A stretch of 64,000 nt of DNA from Alphaproteobacteria bacterium (GCA_965261975.1 CBDHEC010000043.1:11928-75927), one strand, 5' to 3'. Numbered from the stretch's first letter, positions 20,653 through 30,693 are shown. The notes: generated by a model from the letters alone, not told the origin. Translations and numbers: made by a program.

Positions 20653-21491
20653 TTGCGCAGAAACTCCGTAACCGGCTCGATCTCGGCCCGGCGCGAAAAT
20701 GTCGGGGCGTGCCCGACATTCGCAATTTCGACGAGGTCCGCACGCGGCCCTCGCTCGGTCATTTCCCGGGCAGTCTCCGGGAGCAGCAGCAAAGAATCTG
20801 CGCCGCGCACCACGAGCGTATCGCTGCCAATCGCGTCCCATACGGGCCACAGGTTGACGTCCGTCACCGGGCGCGCCTTCATCGGAACGGCAATCGCCGG
20901 GTCGTAGGCCAGCGCAAACGTGCCATCGTCGGCTTTGCGCGCAGAAGTTTCCGCCAGATGCGCCCATTCGCGGTCATCCAGTTCCCCGAACGGCGCCCAA
21001 ATCCGGCGAAGATACTCTTCCAGGGATGCAAGATCCGGAAACACCGGATCGGTGCCCACATAGTCGCGTATCCATTCCAGGGCGGCCTTGGGAATGAACG
21101 GTCCCACATCGTTGACCACCAGCTTGCGCAACGGCGTGTTCGGCATCGCGGCCATGAGCATGCCCATGATCCCGCCCATGGAAGTTCCGACAAAATCGAT
21201 GCTGTCCACACCGAGCCGGGCCACCAGGGCGTTCACGTCTGCGAGATATTGCGGGAAGTCATATCCTGACGGGTCGGCCAGCCAGCCGCTTCTCCCCCGC
21301 CCGACCACGTCCAGGCAAATTACTCGCCTGTCTGCGGAAAGAGCTTCAGCCAAACGGTCGAAAGAACGCGCTGTCTGGGTCAGCCCATGTACACAAAGAA
21401 CAACCGGCGCATCCGGCTCACCCCATTCGGTGTAATGCAGGCGATGGAAGCCCGACTGGCTTAACCCGCGGAAAGACCGTGACCGCATCAC
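20649..21491 (-). CDS. Alpha/beta hydrolase
   Basis: CVHGLT, DVVGRGRS, GTSMGG nucleophile elbow, NDVGP, GHAP. Confidence 0.9.
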   Translation of the reverse strand: MMRSRSFRGLSQSGFHRLHYTEWGEPDAPVVLCVHGLTQTARSFDRLAEALSADRRVICLDVVGRGRSGWLADPSGYDFPQYLADVNALVARLGVDSIDFVGTSMGGIMGMLMAAMPNTPLRKLVVNDVGPFIPKAALEWIRDYVGTDPVFPDLASLEEYLRRIWAPFGELDDREWAHLAETSARKADDGTFALAYDPAIAVPMKARPVTDVNLWPVWDAIGSDTLVVRGADSLLLLPETAREMTERGPRADLVEIANVGHAPTFSRRAEIEPVTEFLRK

Positions 21492-21582
21492 ATCATGCCT
21501 CTAACGTCGGTTTGAAATGGCGCGCGAACCTAAGGCAGGCGCGCTTATGTCACCAACCATCATACGACCCGCGAGACCAGCC

Positions 21583-22032
21583 ATGGCGACCATTGAAATT
21601 GCCCCCCCGACACAGCAAGACAAAGAGGCATGGGCCGCGCTGTTCCTCGGCTACCGGCGTTTCTACGAAGTCCCCGACGACCCGGATGTCATCGAGCGGG
21701 TCTGGGGCTGGATTAACGATCCCGACCATCAGACCGAGTGCCTGCTCGCCCGTGGCGCAGACGGCCGACCCATCGGCCCTGCGCATTTCCGCAATCTTGC
21801 CCGGCCGCTATCGGGTACCCAGGCTGGCTTCCTCGATGATTTGTTTGTCGAGCCGGACTCCCGAGGCAGCGGTGCCGCCGATGCACTTATAAACGCGATC
21901 GCCGAGATCGGCCGTGAACGCGAATGGTCATGGCTGCGCTGGTTTACGGCAGAGGACAATTATCGCGGGCGCGGTTTCTCCGACCGGGTCGCCCATGCCA
22001 CGCCGTGGAAAACCTATCAGGTGGACATCTAG
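21583..22032 (+). CDS. GNAT family N-acetyltransferase
   Basis: LDDLFVEPDSRGSG acetyl-CoA motif, LRWFTAEDN. Confidence 0.85.
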   Translation: MATIEIAPPTQQDKEAWAALFLGYRRFYEVPDDPDVIERVWGWINDPDHQTECLLARGADGRPIGPAHFRNLARPLSGTQAGFLDDLFVEPDSRGSGAADALINAIAEIGREREWSWLRWFTAEDNYRGRGFSDRVAHATPWKTYQVDI

Positions 22033-22041
22033 GCCGCGCCG

Positions 22042-24426
22042 ATGCGCCTTATCCGCTGCATCATATCCGGCCTGGCGATCCTGCTCGCCCTGCCCGCGGG
22101 GCTTGCCGCTCTTGCAGCACTCGCCATCGTGGTCATTTTCATGACCGCACAGACCGAAACCGGCGGCGATTTTGAGCTGGCCGGCCTGGATGGCCCCGTC
22201 TCGGTCATCCGCGACCAGCACGCGGTCCCGCACATTTTCGCCAACGACAGGCTCGACGCCTATCGAGCGCTCGGCTTCGTGCACGCCCAGGACCGCTTTT
22301 TCCAGATGGAATTCATGCGGCGGACCGCGGCCGGAGGCCTGGCCGAGGTCATCGGACCACCGGGATTGCGTACCGACCGTTTCATGCGAACCCTCGGGAT
22401 ATACCGGTTGGCCGAGGCGTCCGTCGCACAACTCTCGCCCGGGGCCCGCGCGGTGATCGACGCCTATGTCGAGGGCGTCAACGCCTGGATGACGGCACCG
22501 GACACCAAGCGTCCGCCCGAGATGATCGTGCTGGGACTTCCGTTCGAACCCTGGCGGCTTGCTGACAGCGCGGCCTGGGTGCGGCTGATGTCATTGTTGC
22601 TGTCGGGTGACTTCCGGAGCGAGTTGCTGCGTGCCGATCTCACCCATGTGCTTACACCGGATCAAATCAACGACCTGTGGCCGGACGAGCCCGACAATGC
22701 CCCAACGACGCTCAGTCGAACCGCGCGACCAGCAAACGGATTCACCGGCCTCGCCACGGCCATCCCCGACCTGTTCCCGCGCGCCAGCGCTTCGAACGAA
22801 TGGGTGGTCTCGGGGGCCCGCAGTCAATCCGGTAAGCCGCTGCTTGCCAACGACCCCCATCTCGGCTTCGCGGCGCCGGGCATGTGGCACCTCGCGCGGA
22901 TCGTGACGCCGGATTTCACCGCGTCCGGCGGCGCGTTGCCAGGTCAACCGTTTTTCATGATCGGGCGCAACGATGATATGGCCTGGGGGCTCACCACGAC
23001 ACATGCGGACACGCAGGATCTATTCGTCGAACGCATCGATCCGGCAAATCACGACCGCTACCTCACGCCCCAGGGCAGCCTGCCATTCGAGGTTCGCGAA
23101 GAGGTAATCCATGTGCGCGGGCGCAGCACATCAGAGAAGCTTCGTGTTCGAACAACGCGCCACGGCCCGGTCCTCTCGGACATTTCTGTTGACGCCGCAC
23201 AGGCCGCCGCGCCCGGGACCGTGATCGCCCTGGCTTTCGCCGCGCTGCGCGAAGACGACCGAACCGCCGACGCTGTTCACGGCCTCAACAATGCAACCAC
23301 GGTCGCGGCGTTCCGCAACGCGCTGCGCGACTTTCATGCCCCCATGCAGAACGTGGCCTATGCCCATCGTGACGGCCGCTTCGGGTTCGTCACCGCAGGT
23401 CGCCTTCCCATACGTCCCGGCGGTGCGGGCACCCGCCCGTTCCCGGGGTGGACCGGCGAGCATGACTGGCGCGGTTTCGTGCCCTTTGAGGATTTGCCGC
23501 AACTGCACAACCCGGCCACCGGTGTGATCGTCAACGCCAACAACCGGGTTGCACCCCGCGCGTATCCCCACGTGATCAGCAATGACTGGACCGAGGGCTT
23601 CAGGGCAGAACGGATCGGCGACCTGATCGCAGCAGATCATCGCCACACAATGGAGAGCTTCGCTGCCATTCAAAACGACGTGGTGTCACTGGGCGCGCGC
23701 GCGCTCATCGCCGCAATGCTCGACGCGCTGCCCGATGACATCCGCAACCAGACCGTCCCGACCATGATGGCCGCCTGGGACGGATCGATGAATGCGGCCC
23801 GGCCCGAACCGCTGATCTACGCCACATGGTCGAATGCGCTCCGCCGCCGGTTGATCGACGATGAACTCGGCCCCTTCACCCGCCGCTATCGCGGCGTGCG
23901 GCCCCGGGTGATCATTCGCATGCTTACCCGGCAGCCATCATGGTGCGACAACTGGACCACTGCTGCGAAGGAGACATGCGGACAGATCGTTGGTGCCGCG
24001 CTCGACGACACCATGTCCGAACTTCGCAAAAACCATGGTGCGGATACCGCCGCGTGGCGCTGGGGCGACGCCCACCAGGCCGTGTTCGTGCATCCCCTGC
24101 TGCGGTTCGCGGGGCCGCTGGGCCGGCTGGTCGCACCCACGGCGGAAACCAGCGGCGGCGACCATACGGTCAATCGCGGCACATTCCGGAATGCCGGTAA
24201 CGCCAGCTATCCCCACGTGCATGGCCCGGGCCTGCGCGCCATTATCGACATGGCCGAACCCGACGCAGCGCGCTTCATGATGGCACCCGGCCAATCCGGT
24301 CAGATCGTATCGCGACACTATGGTGATCTCGCCGGGCAATGGCGTGACGGCAACTACATCGTGTTAAATGGCACGCGCGACGACCTTCGGCGCAACGCCA
24401 CATCGGAACTGAACCTGCGACCATGA
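22042..24426 (+). CDS. Penicillin acylase family Ntn-hydrolase with N-terminal membrane anchor
   Basis: RDQHAVPHIFA, GFVHAQDRFFQM, ASNEWVVSG (catalytic Ser), LLANDPHL, NANN, PGQSG. Confidence 0.92.
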   Translation: MRLIRCIISGLAILLALPAGLAALAALAIVVIFMTAQTETGGDFELAGLDGPVSVIRDQHAVPHIFANDRLDAYRALGFVHAQDRFFQMEFMRRTAAGGLAEVIGPPGLRTDRFMRTLGIYRLAEASVAQLSPGARAVIDAYVEGVNAWMTAPDTKRPPEMIVLGLPFEPWRLADSAAWVRLMSLLLSGDFRSELLRADLTHVLTPDQINDLWPDEPDNAPTTLSRTARPANGFTGLATAIPDLFPRASASNEWVVSGARSQSGKPLLANDPHLGFAAPGMWHLARIVTPDFTASGGALPGQPFFMIGRNDDMAWGLTTTHADTQDLFVERIDPANHDRYLTPQGSLPFEVREEVIHVRGRSTSEKLRVRTTRHGPVLSDISVDAAQAAAPGTVIALAFAALREDDRTADAVHGLNNATTVAAFRNALRDFHAPMQNVAYAHRDGRFGFVTAGRLPIRPGGAGTRPFPGWTGEHDWRGFVPFEDLPQLHNPATGVIVNANNRVAPRAYPHVISNDWTEGFRAERIGDLIAADHRHTMESFAAIQNDVVSLGARALIAAMLDALPDDIRNQTVPTMMAAWDGSMNAARPEPLIYATWSNALRRRLIDDELGPFTRRYRGVRPRVIIRMLTRQPSWCDNWTTAAKETCGQIVGAALDDTMSELRKNHGADTAAWRWGDAHQAVFVHPLLRFAGPLGRLVAPTAETSGGDHTVNRGTFRNAGNASYPHVHGPGLRAIIDMAEPDAARFMMAPGQSGQIVSRHYGDLAGQWRDGNYIVLNGTRDDLRRNATSELNLRP

Positions 24427-25287
24427 CCGTCACCATCGCCGACATAGAGCGTGCCGCAAAGACAATCGGTGGCGACGTCATCCGCACGCCAACGATCCTC
24501 GCGCCCGGCCTGTCGCGCGAGGCAGGGCACCGCCGGGCTGGAGATGGCGGAAGACGCACCCGAGCTCGAGGCAATTCTGATCCCGGTCGGCGGCGGCGGC
24601 TTGATCGCGGGTTGCGCGGTGGCGCTTAAGGCACGCATGCCGGCGGTCGAGATCATCGGCGTCGAGGCCGAGCTCTACGCCTCCATGCAGGCCGCGCTAG
24701 CCGGCAAGGACATAGAAGGCGCCGGTACCACGCTTGCCGAGGGTATCGCGGTGAAAACACCCGGCACACAAACCCTGCCCATCGTCAGGGAACTCGTCGA
24801 CGACATCGTGACCGTAGGCGAAAGCGCGATCGAGGCGGCCGTCGAACTGATGGCCGATACCGGCGGCGTCATTGTCGAAGGCGCGGGCGCCGTCCCCCTC
24901 GCGGCGGTGATGGAGGACCAACCGCGGTTTGCGGGCCGCCGGGTCGGCTTGCTGGTCAGCGGCGGCAACATAGATATGCGCCTGTATGCCTCCGTGCTGC
25001 TGCGCGGTCTGGTACGGGGCGGGCAGTTGGTTCGGCTGCGCGTTCAGATATCGGATGCGCCGGGCAATCTTGCCCAGGTAAGCCAGCTGATCGGCGATGC
25101 GGGCGGCAACATCGTCGAAATCATCCATCAACGTATGTTCTTCGATGTCCCGGTGAAGGAAACATCCATCGACATCGTGATCGAGACCCGAAACACGGCG
25201 CACGCCTCGGAAATCGTGGAAAAACTGGAGACTGCAGGTCTTCAAACCCGCCTCCTGAGCGACGTGACGGGCACCCGCAGCACCTAA
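24423..25287 (+). pseudogene. ilvA: Threonine ammonia-lyase (short ACT type) with internal deletion and frameshift
   Basis: N-terminus MTVTIADIERAA..RTP (35 aa) joins out of frame to QGTAGLE..PVGGGGL..EGIAVK..SGGNID..ACT domain; the PLP-Lys (SFK) and SAGNH segments are missing. Confidence 0.8.
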
Positions 25288-25300
25288 AGCAGTTCTTAAC
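25285..25300 (+). promoter_or_regulatory. Near-consensus CtrA site upstream of motA
   Basis: TAAA-GCAGTTC-TTAAC, one mismatch to TTAA-N7-TTAAC. Confidence 0.45.
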
Positions 25301-25358
25301 CTATCTTCGCCAATCTAGGTCTCGCGGATTTCCCCGCTTCCAAAGGGCTTGAGATGCG

Positions 25359-26216
25359 ATGCTTGTAATTATCGGATGGGTAATGGTGCTCGGTTGTGTG
25401 CTCGGCGGCTATGTCGCGATGGGCGGGAAACTTGGTGTCCTTTACCAACCATTTGAACTGGTGATCATCGGTGGTGCCGGTGTGGGTGCCTACATCACCT
25501 CAAACCCGAAGCATGTACTGAAATCCACCGGCAAGGGTTTCAATACCGCCCTCAAGGGCCCATCGAATTCGAAGGACGACTATCTCGAACTTCTTTCGAT
25601 GATGTACGCCACCTTCAAGCTGGCCAAGGCGAAGGGCAACCTGGCGCTCGAACAGCATATCGAAAACCCCCACGACAGCGAGCTGTTCGCCAATTTCCCG
25701 GGCTTTAGCGCAAATCACCATGGGGTCGAGTTCTTCTGCGACTATCTGCGCCTCGTGACCCTCGGATCGGAGAACCCGCACGAACTCGAAGCCCTGATGG
25801 ACGAGGAACTCGACGTCCATCATCAGGAAGACGAGCAGATCGCGACCGCGATGCAATTGCTCGGTGACGGCTTCCCGGCGCTGGGTATCGTCGCGGCCGT
25901 GTTGGGTATCATCAAGACCATGGGCTCGATCACCGAACCCCCTGAAATTCTTGGCAAACTGATCGGCGGTGCGCTCGTCGGCACCTTCCTCGGCATTCTC
26001 CTCGCCTACGGCTTCGTCGGCCCGCTGGCGAGTGCGATCAAAATGGCCCAAGAAGCCAACAGCAAGTATCTGGCCTGCCTGAAGGCCGGCATCCTGGCCC
26101 ATGTCGCTGGCAATGCCCCGGCGGTATCGGTTGAGTTCGCGCGCAAGACCCTTCTCAGCAGCGTCCGCCCGACATTCGCTGAACTCGAGGAAGCGACCGA
26201 GAACGCGCCCGCCTAG
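25359..26216 (+). CDS. motA: Flagellar motor stator protein MotA
   Basis: QPFELVIIGG, FFCDYLRL, PALGIVAAVLGII, GGALVGTFLGILLAYG, VEFARK. Confidence 0.95.
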   Translation: MLVIIGWVMVLGCVLGGYVAMGGKLGVLYQPFELVIIGGAGVGAYITSNPKHVLKSTGKGFNTALKGPSNSKDDYLELLSMMYATFKLAKAKGNLALEQHIENPHDSELFANFPGFSANHHGVEFFCDYLRLVTLGSENPHELEALMDEELDVHHQEDEQIATAMQLLGDGFPALGIVAAVLGIIKTMGSITEPPEILGKLIGGALVGTFLGILLAYGFVGPLASAIKMAQEANSKYLACLKAGILAHVAGNAPAVSVEFARKTLLSSVRPTFAELEEATENAPA

Positions 26217-26243
26217 TCCGGCGACAGCACGACGGGCACGGAT

Positions 26244-27386
26244 ATGGCTGAAGCAGGTAATCCCAACCAGCAACCCATCATCATCAAGAAGGTGAAGGGG
26301 CACGGGCACGGCCGCCATGGCGGTGCCTGGAAAGTCGCCTACGCCGATTTCGTGACGGCCATGATGGCGTTCTTTCTGCTGCTCTGGCTCCTGAACGCCA
26401 CGACCGAGGAACAACGCTCGGGCATCGCCGACTATTTCTCGCCGGAATCCATCTCCTCGCCGGGCAGCGGGTCGGGCAGCATCCTGGGCGGCAAGACAAT
26501 CGCGATCGACGGCAACAAGGTATCCGCCGGCGGTCCGACTGAAGGTGCCAGCGTTCCCCTCCCACCGCTCCCGTCGGGAGACGGCGACGGTGGGGTCGAG
26601 GGGGACACGCAAACAGCGGGAGACGGCGGCGAAACCGACTTCCCGGAGAACGGCTCCACCCAATTCGCCGAAAACGGCGAGACCGACAAGCCCGACAACG
26701 GCACGATCGACGAAGGCGCCCTCCAGCAAGCGATGGCCGAACGCGAGCAGGCCCAGTTCGAAGCGGCCGCCGACGCGCTGCGCCAAGCAATCGAGGCGGT
26801 CCCCGAACTTGCGCAGCTGGAAGACAGCCTGCTGATCGAGCAGACACCCGAGGGCCTGCGCATCCAGCTCGTTGATCAGGCAGGCTATTCGATGTTCGCT
26901 CTGGGCAGTTCCCAGCCAAACGCCGAAACACGCAAACTCGTCCAGCTGGTCTCGAAGGTCGTTAATCAACTCTCGAACAAAATCTCCATTAGCGGCCACA
27001 CCGATTCACGCGGCTACAGGTCCGCGGAGGGATACACCAACTGGGAACTCAGCTCCGATCGCGCGAACGCTGCACGACGGCTTCTGATTGAATCCGGCCT
27101 TGGTTCAGACCGTATCGCGCTTGTCCAGGGCCGCGCCGATACGGACCCCCTGCTGCCCGAGGAGCCGGAAAGCGAACAGAATCGGCGCATCAGCATCGTC
27201 CTGCTTCGCGAGAACGAAGTCCCCCTCGAGCTCGACGCCGAGAACCTTGGCAACGGCACGCTGCCGGATGGCCCTGCACCTTCGGGTCCAAGCACCAATG
27301 ATTTCGGTGCCAACGACAGCAATGACCCCGCCGCTGTCGAACCTGCGCGCAAGACCGAAATCGACGATCGGCGCACCTCCGGCTGA
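26244..27386 (+). CDS. motB: Flagellar motor stator protein MotB
   Basis: GAWKVAYADFVTAMMAFFLLLWL (conserved Asp); OmpA-like GHTD, NWELSSDRANAAR, NRRISI. Confidence 0.95.
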   Translation: MAEAGNPNQQPIIIKKVKGHGHGRHGGAWKVAYADFVTAMMAFFLLLWLLNATTEEQRSGIADYFSPESISSPGSGSGSILGGKTIAIDGNKVSAGGPTEGASVPLPPLPSGDGDGGVEGDTQTAGDGGETDFPENGSTQFAENGETDKPDNGTIDEGALQQAMAEREQAQFEAAADALRQAIEAVPELAQLEDSLLIEQTPEGLRIQLVDQAGYSMFALGSSQPNAETRKLVQLVSKVVNQLSNKISISGHTDSRGYRSAEGYTNWELSSDRANAARRLLIESGLGSDRIALVQGRADTDPLLPEEPESEQNRRISIVLLRENEVPLELDAENLGNGTLPDGPAPSGPSTNDFGANDSNDPAAVEPARKTEIDDRRTSG

Positions 27387-27477
27387 CCACGCCCATCGCC
27401 ACTCACTTGGCTTTGCGCGAGACGTTTGACATCGGTAGAATTCGCGACGTTTCAAGATCATCCGCCCGGGCCAGCAC

Positions 27478-28221
27478 ATGACCAGCCAAGCGCCGAAGCC
27501 ACCGCTTGTATTTTATCGGACGGGTCCGATGCCTTGCCCCTACCTGGATGGTCGCGTCGAACGTAACCTGTTCACCGAGCTGCGTGGTGCGCAGGCGCAA
27601 GACCTGCATGATCAACTGGCACTCGCCGGGTTTCGACGCTCTCACCACATCGTCTACCGGCCCGCATGTCCGGGATGCAGCGGCTGCGTCCCGATCCGCA
27701 TCCCCGTCGAAATGTTTACGCCGACCCGCTCCCAACAGCGCGTCTGGAACAAGAACTCAGACCTTGTCATCACGACCGGGGCCGCGCTGGCCACCGATGA
27801 ACATTATGACCTCTTCTTCCGTTATCAACGCGCCCGCCACAGCGGCGGCGAGATGGCCGCGATGTCCTTTTCGGATTTTCGCGCGATGGTCGAGGATTCC
27901 GTGGTGAACACAACATTGATGTCGATACGGGACACGGCCGGCACGCTCCTCGGTGCCTGCCTCACGGACGTCCTGTCCAGCGGCCTTTCGGCGGTCTACA
28001 GCTATTTCGAACCATCCGAAGATCGCCGTAGCCTCGGGACCTTCAGTATTCTGCAGCTCGTCCGCGACGCGGTGGCCAACGATCAGCCCTATGTCTATCT
28101 GGGCTACTGGATCGAGGGCTGCGACAAGATGACCTACAAAAGCCGTTTTCAGCCCATCGAGCATCTGGGGCCAAAAGGCTGGACCAACGCGCCGCTTCCG
28201 AGCATCGAGCCCCCCACCTGA
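27478..28221 (+). CDS. ate: ATE-like aminoacyl-tRNA-protein transferase (Bpt / arginyltransferase family)
   Basis: PCPYL, GFRRS, YRPAC..C..C, LSAVYSYF, SLGT, YVYLGYWI..CDKMTYK. Confidence 0.92.
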   Translation: MTSQAPKPPLVFYRTGPMPCPYLDGRVERNLFTELRGAQAQDLHDQLALAGFRRSHHIVYRPACPGCSGCVPIRIPVEMFTPTRSQQRVWNKNSDLVITTGAALATDEHYDLFFRYQRARHSGGEMAAMSFSDFRAMVEDSVVNTTLMSIRDTAGTLLGACLTDVLSSGLSAVYSYFEPSEDRRSLGTFSILQLVRDAVANDQPYVYLGYWIEGCDKMTYKSRFQPIEHLGPKGWTNAPLPSIEPPT

Positions 28222-28415
28222 GCGGTGTTGCCGCGCGACCGTCATACTTTTGTATGGCCCGGGGCCCGTTGCGCCCTTACACCCGCTGACATACAGTTTC
28301 TCCAACGGTTTGCAGCCGATACACGGCTGTAAAAAATTCCCCATCTCCGGCTCCTTTCTGGTGCTTTCGATAGGCCGGAGAAACAAACACGAACACGCAC
28401 CTCAGGGAGCAATTC

Positions 28416-29516
28416 ATGGAACGACGTAAATTTATGAAAGCCGCCGGTCTGGCCGGCGTCACGGGCGCAGCCGCTGCGGCATCCGCCTTCCCGAAACCCG
28501 CCGTCGCGCAGGAGCGGATCGAATTCGCAATGGTCTCCACATGGCCGCGCGATTTCCCCGGTCTCGGCACCGGCGCCCAGCGCCTCGCCGAACGTATCGC
28601 GACCATGAGTGAAGGCCGCATCCAGATGCAGTACTTCTCCGCCGGCGAGCGCGTGGGCGCATTCGACAGCTTCGATGAAGTCGCATCGGGCAACGCGCAG
28701 GGCTATCACGCCGCCGACTATTACTGGAAAGGCAAGCATCCGGGCTGGGCGTTCTTCACCGCCGTCCCGTTTGGCCTGACCTACACCGAGATGAACGGCT
28801 GGATCCGCTTCGGCGGCGGCCAGGAACTCTGGGATGAGCTCGCGGGCGAATTCGGCCTCAAGGGCCTGATGGCGGGTAACACCGGCGTCCAGATGGGCGG
28901 CTGGTTCCGCAAGGAAATCAACTCGGCCGACGATCTCAAGGGCCTCAAGATGCGTATCCCGGGCCTCGGCGGCGACGTTATGGCCAAGCTGGGCGCTTCC
29001 CCGGTCTCCCTCCCGGGCGGCCAGATTTATGAGAACCTGGTCTCCGGCGCGATCGACGCCACCGAGTGGGTCGGCCCCTGGAACGATGGTTTCATGAAGT
29101 TCTACGAAGCCGCCAAGTTCTACTACTATCCGGGTATGCACGAGCCGGGCTCCATGCTCGCCCTCGGTCTGAACGCCTCTTTCTGGGGCAAGCTGTCCAA
29201 GTCGGACCAGGCCATCATCGAGGCGGCCGCAGCATCCGAAAACGACTGGATGATGTCCGAATACAACGCCAAGTCCGGTGCGGCGCTGAAGGACCTGATT
29301 GCGAATCAGGGCGTCCAGCTCCGCCAGTTCACGGACGACACCTATGACAGCTTCGGCGAAGCCGCTGAGGAAGTCTTCGACGAGGTGCAGGCCCACAGCG
29401 ATCTGTCCAAGCGTATCTATGACAGCTTCGTGCAGGCCCGCTCTGACATCGGCGCCTGGACCAATATTTCGGACCAGGCTTACGTTCAGCAGCGTAACCG
29501 CGTTCTCGGCCTGTAG
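28416..29516 (+). CDS. dctP: TRAP transporter substrate-binding protein (TakP-like, Tat signal)
   Basis: MERRKFMK Tat motif, YYWKGK, GNTGVQMGGWFRKEI, KMRIPG, DATEWVGP, YPGMHEPG. Confidence 0.92.
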   Translation: MERRKFMKAAGLAGVTGAAAAASAFPKPAVAQERIEFAMVSTWPRDFPGLGTGAQRLAERIATMSEGRIQMQYFSAGERVGAFDSFDEVASGNAQGYHAADYYWKGKHPGWAFFTAVPFGLTYTEMNGWIRFGGGQELWDELAGEFGLKGLMAGNTGVQMGGWFRKEINSADDLKGLKMRIPGLGGDVMAKLGASPVSLPGGQIYENLVSGAIDATEWVGPWNDGFMKFYEAAKFYYYPGMHEPGSMLALGLNASFWGKLSKSDQAIIEAAAASENDWMMSEYNAKSGAALKDLIANQGVQLRQFTDDTYDSFGEAAEEVFDEVQAHSDLSKRIYDSFVQARSDIGAWTNISDQAYVQQRNRVLGL

Positions 29517-29540
29517 GCGCGAAGACGTCACGAAACATGG

Positions 29541-29562
29541 GGCGGAGCCTTCGGGCTCCGCC
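29541..29562 (+). terminator. Stem-loop after dctP (cUUCGg tetraloop; mRNA-stabilising element or partial terminator)
   Basis: GGCGGAGCC-TTCG-GGCTCCGCC without a long U-tract. Confidence 0.6.
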
Positions 29563-29649
29563 TTACATGTTCCGTCCGTCTCATAGGCCCGCCAGGTTCC
29601 GCTTCGGCGGAGCATCGGGCGCTTCAGGACAGCGAGCACCGCGGATCCC

Positions 29650-30693
29650 ATGACGGATACAACGGCAGCCTCTCCCCCTGCACAAGCGGGCTTTGCACCG
29701 GTCGCGTTGCGATCGTTCGCTTGGTCGGTGGTCGCGGTCGCCTTTCTCTTCGTCCTGAACAACTATCTTATTTTCTGGCAGGACTGGCCCGGCCTCTCGA
29801 ACCTGTTTGCCCATTTGGGCTGGTTCGGTTTCGACGCGCTGCGCAAGCCGCTGTCGGGTGGTTCGGTGACACTCGCCTGGATTCAGCTGGCAAGCTATCT
29901 GGTGATCGTCCTCGCTGTAATCGGCTTTGTGATCTCGACACCTCAACGGCTCTTGCACGAAGACGCCGCCAGGCTTGGCGCAATTGCCGCCTATATCGTG
30001 CGCGCGGCATTCTGGGCCGTCCTCATCGTCGGCATCGGCGATGCAATCATCTCCTTCCTCCGTGTCGAAGGGTTTCTCGGTGCGCTCGTCGGTGCGGACC
30101 TCGAGAAGCAACTGGGAATCTCGCGGGTCCGGGGCACCTATGTGCATATGCCGCTGATCGTCATCGCCTGCATCATCGCCTATTTCGCGCGCACCCTCGG
30201 ATTCACCTGGCTGGCGCTGCTGGTCGTGGTCGCCGAACTGCAAATCGTCATCGCCCGCTTCGTCTTTTCCTACGAGCAGGCCTTTATGGGCGACCTCGTG
30301 CGCTTCTGGTATGCGGGGCTGTTCCTCTTTGCCAGCGCCTACGCGCTTGTCGAGGAAGGCCATGTGCGTGTCGACGTTCTGTATGCCGGCTTCGGCCCGC
30401 GCGGCAAGGCATGGACCAATGTTCTCGGCTGCCTGCTCCTCGGCGCTCCGCTCTGCTGGATAATCATCTCGCTGGGCATGTGGTCCAAGGCGGCGGTTAT
30501 CAACAGTCCGATTCTCGCCTTCGAGGTAACCCAGGCGGGGTTCGGCATGTTCGTCAAATACCTCATGGCGGGATTCCTGGCGGTCTTTGCATTGTCCATG
30601 CTGGCCCAGTTCATGAACTACTTCCTCGCCAATGCGGCCGAGTTGCATGAAGAACCCGGTCGCCCAGCGCGCCCCGGCGGCCTGAATGACTAG
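29650..30693 (+). CDS. dctQ: TRAP transporter small permease, N-terminally extended
   Basis: C-terminal half has ARFVFS..ASAYAL.EEGHVRVDVLY; extra hydrophobic segments N-terminally. Confidence 0.85.
   Translation: MTDTTAASPPAQAGFAPVALRSFAWSVVAVAFLFVLNNYLIFWQDWPGLSNLFAHLGWFGFDALRKPLSGGSVTLAWIQLASYLVIVLAVIGFVISTPQRLLHEDAARLGAIAAYIVRAAFWAVLIVGIGDAIISFLRVEGFLGALVGADLEKQLGISRVRGTYVHMPLIVIACIIAYFARTLGFTWLALLVVVAELQIVIARFVFSYEQAFMGDLVRFWYAGLFLFASAYALVEEGHVRVDVLYAGFGPRGKAWTNVLGCLLLGAPLCWIIISLGMWSKAAVINSPILAFEVTQAGFGMFVKYLMAGFLAVFALSMLAQFMNYFLANAAELHEEPGRPARPGGLND

Noticed and set aside
25359-27386. motAB as a Zorya (ZorAB) defence module
   Set aside because: MotA has no long ZorA tail, no zorC/D/E neighbours, and canonical flagellar motifs are present.
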